From Candidatus Hebobacteria bacterium (GTDB lineage Bacteria > Armatimonadota > Hebobacteria > Hebobacterales > Hebobacteraceae), in assembly GCA_029821885.1 (NCBI GenBank), contig JALGXV010000003.1, positions 1-50,067 on the forward strand: DNA of 50,067 nt, in the 5' to 3' direction. Under the pieces are notes generated by a model, which was given only the letters and a program-made list of their open reading frames with translations, made no database searches and was not told the DNA's origin. A program made the position numbers and the translations under genes. Positions 26,353-35,004 of the stretch are shown in pieces; the stretch's first letter is position 1; every line of letters starts with the position of its first letter.

Positions 26353-27477
26353 CTAGAGACCCAGTTCGAGCCGGTTCCTCATCAGGCGCATGATGTCGGT
26401 CCGGCTTATGATGCCTCGCAGGATGCCGTTTTCCAGGACCACGAGCCTGCCGCAGTTCTCCGCGCTCATCCTCACGAGAGCATTCCAGGCGTCGGCATTC
26501 GGGGCAATCGTGTTGTGCTCGGACAGCGGCGGAGCGGCCTCTCCCGCGGTCACGTGCCCCCAGCTCTCTCGCGGCACGCTGCGCACGTCGGGGAGGCAGA
26601 GCAACCCGATCACCTGGCCGCCGTCCGACACGGGGAAGGCCGGGTGATTGTGCGTCATGATGTACTCGTTCACGACCCGGTCGAGCGTGATGTCGGACGG
26701 CAGTGTATCGACCTCCTCGGTCATCACACTGCTGACCGGCACGCCCGACAGTGCCTGGCGCAGGACGAGCTGCTGGTAGCTCTGCTGCGCGGCCTGCATC
26801 AAGAACCAGCCGATGAAGGCCAGCCACAGCCCACCAAAGCCGCCGGTTGTGAAGAAGACGAAGACTCCGCCGACGATCATGAGCACGCCCAAGCCTTGCC
26901 CGAACGAGGCCGCAATGCGCGTGGCGTCGCCGAGGCTCTCCATCCAGTGCCACAGCCCCGCCCGCAGCACCCGGCCTCCGTCCAATGGGAATCCGGGGAG
27001 CAAGTTGAAGACTGCGAGCATCCCGTTCACCACGCCCAGCCAGTGGAACATCGTCCGAAGTACCTTGGCGCCCGGCAGCTGGCCGACGAAGTAGGATGCC
27101 GTGAGGAAGACGGCCGCCAGGGCGAGGCTCATGAGCGGGCCGGCGATCGCCATCCTGAACTCGACCCCGGGCGATCTCGGCTCGTCGGTCATCTTCGATA
27201 CGCCGCCGAACAGGAACAGCGTGATCCCGCTGATCTTGAGCCCCGATCGCAGCGCAACTATGGAGTGCGACAGCTCGTGGAGGAGCACGCTGCCAAAGAA
27301 GAGCAGGGTGGTCGCCCCGGCTATCAGCCACCGAACGCCCGGCGAGACGTTGGGGAGATACCGCGCAAACCAGCCGCTGGAAAGCCCCACCACGATGATG
27401 AGGAAGATGATGAACCACGTATAGTCGATCTCGATGTCGATTCCGAATACGCGTCCGATGCGGAAAGCCCGTGTCAT
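26353..27477 (-). CDS. M50 family site-2 metalloprotease with tandem CBS domains
   Basis: The HExxH motif is in LLHELSHSIVA and LPGFPLDGGRVL is the second metal-ligand motif. A C-terminal CBS pair is present. Confidence 0.85.
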   Translation of the reverse strand: MTRAFRIGRVFGIDIEIDYTWFIIFLIIVVGLSSGWFARYLPNVSPGVRWLIAGATTLLFFGSVLLHELSHSIVALRSGLKISGITLFLFGGVSKMTDEPRSPGVEFRMAIAGPLMSLALAAVFLTASYFVGQLPGAKVLRTMFHWLGVVNGMLAVFNLLPGFPLDGGRVLRAGLWHWMESLGDATRIAASFGQGLGVLMIVGGVFVFFTTGGFGGLWLAFIGWFLMQAAQQSYQQLVLRQALSGVPVSSVMTEEVDTLPSDITLDRVVNEYIMTHNHPAFPVSDGGQVIGLLCLPDVRSVPRESWGHVTAGEAAPPLSEHNTIAPNADAWNALVRMSAENCGRLVVLENGILRGIISRTDIMRLMRNRLELGL

Positions 27478-27495
27478 GGTGCCGACTTCCTGTGG

Positions 27496-29796
27496 CTATG
27501 GTCCCAGAGAGCTGCGCATGTGTCGCTCGCAGCTCTCCTTGGGCGCTTCGCTCGCGTTCTTGAAGGTGCGGTTGACGACGAGAGGACAACGAGCAGTCGC
27601 GATCTTCTCGGTGATCGCGCAAATGGGGAGAGTGACCCGCTCATCCACCGGGCTTTCAGGCTCAGGAGGCTCAAGCGATGCTGGACCCTCGGGTTCGATC
27701 TCGAGCGGGGAGGTGTGCACGTCGCAGACCGCGGTCGGCGGCTCCGCGCCCGAGCCGAGGTCGTACGTGACCGGGACGGCCCGCGGGCAATGAGGCCCTG
27801 CCAACAAGGCGGAGGTCGGGCAGACCCGCTTCGTCGTCGTGGGGGCCTCCGCTAGGTCTTCGGCGGGCTCGCCGGGCTGCTCCGGCGCCTCGTCGGCCCC
27901 TTGCTGGGTGGCCCTGATGTGGATCACGCGAAGCTGATCCTCCCTCTCCTGGGACGCCGCCATGATAGGCTGCGCCTTCCTCATGAACCGCACCCAGACG
28001 GGAACGGGGATGGTCGCTCCCGAGATCCCCTTCTTCCGACCGCGCGGCGCGGTAGGTGCAGGTGGCTCGTTGCCCGTCCAGACGGCGCCGACGAGCGTGT
28101 CCGTGTAGCCGACGAACCAGGCGTCCTTGTACTCGTTCGACGTGCCCGTCTTGCCGGCCGCCGGGAAGTTGAGGGCGCTTCCGACGTACCAGCCTGTCCC
28201 TCCGCTCCGGGTCGCGCCGGAGAGCATGCTGTGCATCTGCTCGGCCACCTGCTCATTGAGCGCGCGCCACGTCACTGCCCTATGCTCGAAGATCGTGCGA
28301 CCGGTCGCGTCCTGGATCTTGCGAATGCCGAACGGCTCGGTGCGCATCCCTCTGGTTGCGAAGACGCCATAGGCGGCCGCCATCTCGAGGGGCGCCACAT
28401 CGCAGGAGCCGATGGCGAGCGAGAGGTAGGGATCCATCGGATGGTAGATCCCCATCCGCCTCGCCACGTCAACCACGGACTCGATTCCGATCTCGCTGCC
28501 GACCTTGACCGCGGCGATATTGTACGACTTCGCCAGGGCCTCACGGAAGCTCACCCGGCCGTGGTATTCCCCATCGTAGTTCCGCGGCGTATAGGGCTCA
28601 CCGACCAGTGAAGGGTAGGTAACGGGAGCGTCGTCCACCGTGGCGTCCGGCGTGAAACCGGCCTCCAAAGCGGCCGTGTAGACAAAGGGCTTGAAAGCCG
28701 ATCCTGCCTGCCTCCCTCCCTGAACCGCCAAGTTGTACTGGCTCTGCCCATAGTCGACGCCGCCGACCATTGCCTTGATTGCGCCAGTCCGTAAGCTCAG
28801 GGCCGCGAGCGCGATCTGGTTGCAGTTGAACTTCCGTCTCTTGACGTCCTCGATGCCCCACTTCACGGCCTCCTCGGCGGCCGCCTGCATCTCGAGGTTG
28901 AGCGTTGTTTGGATAGTGAGGCCGCCTCGGTAGAGGGCGTCTGCCCCGTACATCCTCACGACCTCCCGCAGCACGAAGTTCGTGAAGTAGGGGGCGCGGT
29001 ATGTGTCCGACCTGAGCGGTTTCTTCTCAGCCACCAGCTCCAACGGGGCCTCTTTCGCCTCTCTCCCATCTTCGGCGGTGATGAGCCCCTGCTGGGCCAT
29101 CATTGATAGCACCAAGTTCCGGCGGTCGATCGCCCGCTGCTCGTCCTCGAACGGGGAGTAGTACTCGGGCCGCTTCGGCAGCCCGGCCAGCAGGGCGCAT
29201 TCCGCGAGGCCCAGCTCCGAGACGTCCTTGCCGAAGTAGGTCCTCGACGCGACCTGGACGCCATAGGCGCCCTCCCCGAAGTAGATCTGGTTCAGATAGA
29301 GCTCCATGATCTCCGGCTTGGTGTAGGCTCGCTCGAGCTGGACGGCCAGTACCACTTCCGACAGCTTCCGCGAAAGCGTCCTGGCTTGACTGAGGTAGAC
29401 GTTCCGGACAAGCTGCTGCGTAATGGTGCTCGTGCCTCGGCCGTAGAGCACCCCCCTGACGATCCCCCGGGGATCCACCCCTAGGTGTGTGTAGAAGTCG
29501 TGATCTTCGATCGACACGAATGCGTTCGGCAGGGCTTCGGGGATTGCCTCGAGCTGCACAAACTGACGATGCTCGGTCGCAATCTGTCCGAGCAGCTCGC
29601 CGTCTGATGAGAGCACGCGGGAGGACTGCCCCGGCCGGATGCCCCCAAGGTCGCGGGCGTTCGGGATGATCTTCGAGATCCCCGAGAACGTGCCGAGGAG
29701 AAGTCCGATGGTCCCCGCGATCGTGAACAGCAGGGCCAGATTGACGAGCCGGAGGACCCACCAGACGAGGTCCCGCAGGCTGTATCTGCGCCTCAT
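27496..29796 (-). CDS. Class A penicillin-binding protein (PBP1A: GT51 transglycosylase plus transpeptidase) with Cys-motif C-terminal extension
   Basis: GT51 motifs are FVSIEDHDFYTHLGVD and RKLSEVVLAVQLE. Transpeptidase motifs are SAFKPF, SYN and KTGT. N-terminal TM anchor. Confidence 0.9.
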   Translation of the reverse strand: MRRRYSLRDLVWWVLRLVNLALLFTIAGTIGLLLGTFSGISKIIPNARDLGGIRPGQSSRVLSSDGELLGQIATEHRQFVQLEAIPEALPNAFVSIEDHDFYTHLGVDPRGIVRGVLYGRGTSTITQQLVRNVYLSQARTLSRKLSEVVLAVQLERAYTKPEIMELYLNQIYFGEGAYGVQVASRTYFGKDVSELGLAECALLAGLPKRPEYYSPFEDEQRAIDRRNLVLSMMAQQGLITAEDGREAKEAPLELVAEKKPLRSDTYRAPYFTNFVLREVVRMYGADALYRGGLTIQTTLNLEMQAAAEEAVKWGIEDVKRRKFNCNQIALAALSLRTGAIKAMVGGVDYGQSQYNLAVQGGRQAGSAFKPFVYTAALEAGFTPDATVDDAPVTYPSLVGEPYTPRNYDGEYHGRVSFREALAKSYNIAAVKVGSEIGIESVVDVARRMGIYHPMDPYLSLAIGSCDVAPLEMAAAYGVFATRGMRTEPFGIRKIQDATGRTIFEHRAVTWRALNEQVAEQMHSMLSGATRSGGTGWYVGSALNFPAAGKTGTSNEYKDAWFVGYTDTLVGAVWTGNEPPAPTAPRGRKKGISGATIPVPVWVRFMRKAQPIMAASQEREDQLRVIHIRATQQGADEAPEQPGEPAEDLAEAPTTTKRVCPTSALLAGPHCPRAVPVTYDLGSGAEPPTAVCDVHTSPLEIEPEGPASLEPPEPESPVDERVTLPICAITEKIATARCPLVVNRTFKNASEAPKESCERHMRSSLGP

Positions 29797-29817
29797 CTCA
29801 CACGTCGCCCCGACGAC

Positions 29818-30946
29818 CTAAAGGGCACCAGACTTCGCGCGCAGTTCCATGTCATATCGCAGGTATGCCTCGAGAAGCTCATCGATCTGGCCATTGAGCA
29901 CGGCTCCCGCGTTCGCCGTCTGGTACTCGGTGCGATGGTCCTTCACCATCTGGTAGGGGTGCAGCACGTAGGAACGAATCTGGTGGCCCCAAGCGATCTC
30001 GGTCTGCTCGCCGCGCAGCTCGGCCAGCTTCTTCTCCTGCTCCTGTCGCTGGAGGTCAAGCAGACGCGCTCTGAGCACGCGCATGGCGAAGGCGCGGTTC
30101 TTGTGCTGCGAGCGCTCGTTCTGACAGGAGACGACAATGCCGGTGGCGAGGTGAGTGATGCGCACCGCCGAGTCGGTCTTGTTGACGTGCTGGCCTCCCG
30201 CGGTGCTGGCGCGGAACGTGTCGATCTTGAGGTCATCCGGGCTTATCTCTACCTCGTCGGCCGCCTCGACCTCGGGCATCACGTCGACAGACGCGAATGA
30301 AGTGTGCCGCCGACTGGCGGAGTCGAAGGGGGATATACGGACGAGACGGTGCACTCCGCGCTCTCCGTGCAGCCGGCCATAGGCATGATCGCCGGTCATG
30401 CTCGCCGTGAGGCTGCGGCTGCCCGCTTCGTCGCCCGGTGTGCGGTCGATGATCTCCCAGGAGTAGCCGTGCTGCTCGGCCCAGCGGCCGTACATGCGCG
30501 CTAGCATATCGACCCAGTCGCAGGACTCGGTTCCGCCTGCCCCCGCATTGATGTGCATGATGCCGTTGTGCGAGTCATACTCACCGGAGAACAGCCGCAT
30601 GATCTCCTGCTCCTCGATCATGCGCTCCACTTCCTTTAGACCCGCAGCTATCTCGTCGGCCTCTGTTCCGGACCCTTCTTCCTCGGCCAGCTGGGCCAGG
30701 ATGGCGGTGTCCTCCGCCTTGGACAGCATCTCTCGGAGCGGGTCGAGCTCCCGCCGCCGTCGCGCGATGTCGGCCTGTAGTTTCTGCGCGGCCTGGGGGT
30801 CGTTCCAGACATCCGGGGCAGCGGCCTGCTCCTCGAGTTCGCTCAGCTCCGCCTCGCGGGATGCGAGGTCAAAGACGACCCCTCAGTTCTTGCGCTTGAT
30901 TGAGCATCTGCTCCGCGCGCTCTCGCAGCTCGCGTAGATCAGCCAA
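29818..30946 (-). CDS. prfB: Peptide chain release factor 2, expressed via programmed +1 ribosomal frameshift
   Basis: Frame 0 runs 25 codons from TTG 30946 (LADLRELRERAEQMLNQAQELRGRL) and ends CTT TGA C at 30874-30868. The +1 frame continues DLASREAELSELEE... into listed ORF 29818..30729. That ORF carries the SPF tripeptide (VRISPFDS) and the GGQ motif (TAGGQHVNKT). Confidence 0.9.
30866..30886 (-). other. prfB +1 frameshift site with internal SD-like element
   Basis: The minus strand reads CTG AGG GGT CGT CTT TGA C. The geometry matches the E. coli site AGG GGG TAT CTT TGA C. Confidence 0.85.
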
Positions 30947-30980
30947 TGCGAATCACCTACCTCTCTCAAGATGAAGTGGC

Positions 30981-33900
30981 CTAGCGGCCGCTGGCGCGAC
31001 CGCAGCACCGCTTGTACTTCTTCCCGCTGCCGCAAGGGCAGGGATCATTGCGTCCGACCTTTGGCCCGGTACGCCGCCCGGCCCGCCGAGCCGGGGCTTG
31101 ACGGCTGGGAGGTGCCTTCAGGGCGGTGGCGCCAGGCGCCTGCGCAGTCGATGTACTCGTGGCGGTCGCCGCCACCGCGAGGCCGTCCTCCTCCGATGCC
31201 TCCACAGGCCGCCCTTGCGGCGTCTGTCCAAGGCCGAGCCTCGCGCGTCGCTCCTCCTCCGACTCTTGACGCTGTATCTCGACGCGGAAGAGGAACCGGA
31301 TGATGTCCTCCCGGACCGTCTCAAGCAGACGCTGCCAGTAGTCGTAGCTCTCCTTGCGATAGATGACGAGAGGATCGACCCCCGAGTAGCCGCGGAGCCC
31401 TATGCCCTCTTCGAGGTCCTCCATTGCAGCAAGGTGGTCTACCCACCGCGCGCTTACGACTCTGAGCGTCACCAGGCGCTCGAGTTCTCGCATCTGCTCA
31501 TCGCCGGCCGCCGGCTCCCTCTCCTGATAGGCCGCCGCTATGTCGTCTTGCAGGAACTCGACCAGCTCCTCATGCTGCCGAGATCCACCTATCTGTTCCG
31601 CAGTCACACCGATCGGATAGACCTCGGCGAGGGCCTGGTGAAGCGACTCCAGATTCCACTCGTCGGGGTGGACTTCGGGGCTGGCGAACTCCTTCGCGCG
31701 CGCCTCCACGAACTCGCTCATGTGGGCCAGAACGCTGCTTCGCAGATCCTCGCCAAGCAACACGCGGCGCCGCTGCTCGTAGATCAGCGCCCGCTGATGG
31801 TTCATGATGTCGTCGTATTGGAGACGGTGCTTCCGGATCTCGAAGTTGTGGGCCTCAACCTTCTTCTGCGCGTTTTCGATCATGCGGCTCGTGATCCTGG
31901 CCTCCAGCGGCTCGTTCTCCGGCCACTTGCTCAGGAGGAAGTCGAGCCGCTCCGGCCCGAAGAGCCGCATCAGCTCGTCTTCGAAGGAAACGTAGAAGCG
32001 CGACGATCCAGGGTCGCCCTGCCGACCAGACCGGCCGCGGAGCTGGTTATCTATGCGTCGGCTCTCGTGTCGTTCCGTGCCGAGGATGTGGAGTCCGCCT
32101 TGGGCGAGGACCTTCTCCTTGTCTCGCGCGCAGATGCCCTGGGCTTCCTTGAGAGCCGCCTCGAGTTGCTCTTGAGTGGCCTGTTCCGGATCGACGCCGT
32201 CACGCTGGAGGAGTTCCTTGGCGACCTCCTGCGGGTTGCCGCCGAGCAGGATGTCCACCCCACGGCCGGCCATGTTGGTGGCGATGGTAAGGGCGCCCGG
32301 ACGGCCAGCCTGGGCGATGATGTGGGCCTCCATCTCGTGGTACTTCGCGTTGAGCACGCGGTGCGGAATGCCCCGCTGGAGGACCTCCCCAAGGCTTCCG
32401 TGCTCGCGCTCCTCCAGGCCGATCAGCTCGGCCAGCCGCCTGGTGTTGTGGGCCTTGGTGACATCTGGATCGGTGCCGAGCGCCCGCAGCAGGGCGGCCG
32501 GCCGACCCATCGGTACCTCCTCCAGCGGCTGAAAGCAGATGATCTCGGCGATGCGGCGCACGTCCCCGCCGCCGACGCCGTCCTCGCCTTCGAGAGCGCC
32601 GATCAGTCTCTGTATCTCCTCCGCCAGGCGCGCGATGCGCGTCAGGCGGTGCTCGATGCGGCGCTGCTCCTCGGGCTGCGAGATCCGCAGCGACGAGTAG
32701 TCGAACTTCGAGACGGCCGCTTCCAGGTGGCGTGCCTCTCGTTCGACCTCGCTCAGGCGCGCTCGCAGTGCGCGAGCCAGCTCGCGCCGCTGGCCGTCGG
32801 CGAGCCCATCGGACTCGAAGAGCGCGTATTCGAGCAGGATGAGCTGCGCCAGAAGCTGTAGATGATCGGACTTCAGCCGTTCGCTCAAACGCTCTGAAAC
32901 CTGTATCGACCGGGTCCCGACAAGCGTGGGTCGCCCCAGGCTCCGCATCCGCAGGATCTCGGCCGTGATGCCGTGGTACTTCGCCTCCCCAGTCTTGTAG
33001 ATCACGTCGGAGTTATCTTCCCGGATCATCGGTCGGTGAGTGGGGATGATCGCGACGGGTATGCCGTAAACCTTGATAAACTCCGGCTCTTCAGTCTTTG
33101 CCGTGCCCGTCATCCCGGCCAGCTTCTTGTAGAGCCGGAAGAAGTTCTGGTGCGTGATCGTCGCCGTGGTTACGTTCTCCCGCTCGATCTGCACCTTCTC
33201 CTTGGCTTCGATGGCCTGGTGGAGTCCCTCCGCGTACCGCCGGCCGTGCATCTTGCGTCCGGTGAACTCATCGACTATGATGACTTTCCCCTGCTCCACC
33301 ACGTAGTCGACATCCCGCTTGTAGCACGCGTGTGCCCGCATCGCCGCGTTGACGTGCTGGAAGAGCTCGAGGTTCTCCGGGTCGGACAGATTGGAGACTC
33401 CGAGCTCTCTCTCCATCTTGTGGACGCCGTCTTCGGTCAGCGCGCCCGTTCGGCTCTTCTCATCGACTATGTAGTCCGTATCTCTCGTGAGCCGCGGGAT
33501 GATCCTATCGACCCTTCGGTAGAGTTCCGTCGGCTTGGCCCCCGCGCCCGCCAGGATGAGCGGAGTGCGCGCCTCGTCGATCAGCAAGCTGTCGGCCTCG
33601 TCCACGATCGCGTAGTTGAGGTCTCGGAGCACGAGCCAGTCGGCGTACTCGACAGTGTTGTCTCGAAGGTAGTCGAATCCAACCTCCGAGTTCGTGGCAT
33701 AGGTGACGTCGCAGGCATATGCCTGCTGGCGCTCCTCGTGAACCATATCGTGCTGGACGGCCCCCACGGTAAGGCCCAGTGACTCGTAGATAGGCGCCAT
33801 CCAGTCTCGGTCTCGCTGGGCGAGATAGTCGTTGTGGGTCAGGAGGTGCGCGCCCTTGCCTTCGAGCGCGTTGAGGTACAGGGCCAGGACAGCCACCTGC

Positions 33901-34352
33901 GTCTTCCCCTCACCGGTCCTCATCTCCGCCACCCGGCCCCAGTGGAGCATGATGGCGCCGACCATCTGCACGTCGAAGTGGGCCATGAAGTCCTCGCGCT
34001 CGTAGTGCAGTCCGTCGGCTTCAAGACGCCGCTCCTGGTGGTCGGCCTCCTCCGAGGGCAGGATGACTTCCTCGGGGATGCGGCTCTCGTCCCTGTAGAC
34101 GCGGAAGCGAACCTGCCTGTTTCCAAGCTGCCGCCAGGTTGCCTCTCGGACGAGTGCGTAGGCCTCGACGAGCAGATCGTCCAGCGTTTCGCCTCGCGCC
34201 AGCCGGTCGCGGAACTCGTCGGTCTTGCCCCGCATCTGCTCATCGCTGAGAGCGCGCATCTCCGGGCCACGCGCGTTGATGCGCCGCACTATGCCGCGCG
34301 CCCTGGCGAGGTCTCTCCGCGTTGAGTCGAAGACGAAAGAGAGTATCGACAT
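30981..34352 (-). CDS. secA: Preprotein translocase ATPase SecA (long form with two insertions)
   Basis: I trimmed to ATG 34352. Supporting motifs are Walker A MRTGEGKTQVA, the DEAD-like IVDEADSLLIDEARTPLI, TGMTGTA, TNMAGRGVDI and the C-terminal zinc motif CPCGSGKKYKRCCG. Confidence 0.95.
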   Translation of the reverse strand: MSILSFVFDSTRRDLARARGIVRRINARGPEMRALSDEQMRGKTDEFRDRLARGETLDDLLVEAYALVREATWRQLGNRQVRFRVYRDESRIPEEVILPSEEADHQERRLEADGLHYEREDFMAHFDVQMVGAIMLHWGRVAEMRTGEGKTQVAVLALYLNALEGKGAHLLTHNDYLAQRDRDWMAPIYESLGLTVGAVQHDMVHEERQQAYACDVTYATNSEVGFDYLRDNTVEYADWLVLRDLNYAIVDEADSLLIDEARTPLILAGAGAKPTELYRRVDRIIPRLTRDTDYIVDEKSRTGALTEDGVHKMERELGVSNLSDPENLELFQHVNAAMRAHACYKRDVDYVVEQGKVIIVDEFTGRKMHGRRYAEGLHQAIEAKEKVQIERENVTTATITHQNFFRLYKKLAGMTGTAKTEEPEFIKVYGIPVAIIPTHRPMIREDNSDVIYKTGEAKYHGITAEILRMRSLGRPTLVGTRSIQVSERLSERLKSDHLQLLAQLILLEYALFESDGLADGQRRELARALRARLSEVEREARHLEAAVSKFDYSSLRISQPEEQRRIEHRLTRIARLAEEIQRLIGALEGEDGVGGGDVRRIAEIICFQPLEEVPMGRPAALLRALGTDPDVTKAHNTRRLAELIGLEEREHGSLGEVLQRGIPHRVLNAKYHEMEAHIIAQAGRPGALTIATNMAGRGVDILLGGNPQEVAKELLQRDGVDPEQATQEQLEAALKEAQGICARDKEKVLAQGGLHILGTERHESRRIDNQLRGRSGRQGDPGSSRFYVSFEDELMRLFGPERLDFLLSKWPENEPLEARITSRMIENAQKKVEAHNFEIRKHRLQYDDIMNHQRALIYEQRRRVLLGEDLRSSVLAHMSEFVEARAKEFASPEVHPDEWNLESLHQALAEVYPIGVTAEQIGGSRQHEELVEFLQDDIAAAYQEREPAAGDEQMRELERLVTLRVVSARWVDHLAAMEDLEEGIGLRGYSGVDPLVIYRKESYDYWQRLLETVREDIIRFLFRVEIQRQESEEERRARLGLGQTPQGRPVEASEEDGLAVAATATSTSTAQAPGATALKAPPSRQAPARRAGRRTGPKVGRNDPCPCGSGKKYKRCCGRASGR

Positions 34353-34518
34353 TGATCCCCTGAAAGCGCAAAGCCGCCGAGGCGGCCCACCTAGCTCATT
34401 ATACCACGGCGCGACCGCGGTGTCAGGTGGCCTGCTGGGCCGACCCGTGCGCAGTTGGGCGGGAGGACGTGGTGGACTCATGCCGAACAGTGCTCACCGG
34501 GGTAGGGGAGGTCTTCAG

Positions 34519-35004
34519 ATGCCGCCGCGGTTCGTCGCTGACAGCATGCTAGGGCGGTTGGCGAAGTGGTTGCGCGCCTTCGGCTTCGATGTGTTCTACG
34601 ATCCCTTTCTGAGCGACCACGAGGTCATTGCCCGCGCCAGGGAGCGCGGCGCCATCGCGCTGACCCGCGACACGCGATTCCCCGATCCCGCAGACGTGCG
34701 AGTGCTGGTGATCGGCAGCAACCACGTCTCCGAGCAACTCGCCCAAGTGGCGCGCGAAGCCCCCGTCGACCTCGACGCGGCGCGCCCGCTCACGCGCTGC
34801 ACCGTCTGCAATGAGACTCTCGCGCCCGCCACCCGCGACGAGGTGTGGGATCGTGTGCCCCCATTCGTCTACCTGACCAACGAGGCCTACGCGCGCTGCC
34901 CCCGCTGCGAGCGTGTCTACTGGGAGGGAACACACGGGCCGCGCATCCGTAAGCAGTTGGCTCGCGTGGCCAGCTCCTCCGGGACCGAGGAGAGCAAGGA
35001 GTGA
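34519..35004 (+). CDS. Mut7-C (DUF82) PIN-like nuclease with C-terminal zinc ribbon
   Basis: I trimmed to ATG 34519 (GGGGAGG 7 nt upstream). Family-like stretches are FVADSMLGRLAKWLRAFGFDV, ALTRDTRF and CTVCN...CPRCERVYWEGTH. Confidence 0.75.
   Translation: MPPRFVADSMLGRLAKWLRAFGFDVFYDPFLSDHEVIARARERGAIALTRDTRFPDPADVRVLVIGSNHVSEQLAQVAREAPVDLDAARPLTRCTVCNETLAPATRDEVWDRVPPFVYLTNEAYARCPRCERVYWEGTHGPRIRKQLARVASSSGTEESKE

Noticed and set aside
26242-27855. 537-aa plus-strand ORF. Also the 427-aa minus-strand ORF 26339..27622.
   Set aside because: The 537-aa ORF is antisense to the clear M50/CBS protease gene, and the 427-aa ORF lies in an alternative frame of it. Both are R/G/H/D-rich and have no motifs.
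31098-32861. 587-aa plus-strand ORF
   Set aside because: It is antisense to secA, and secA is unambiguous.
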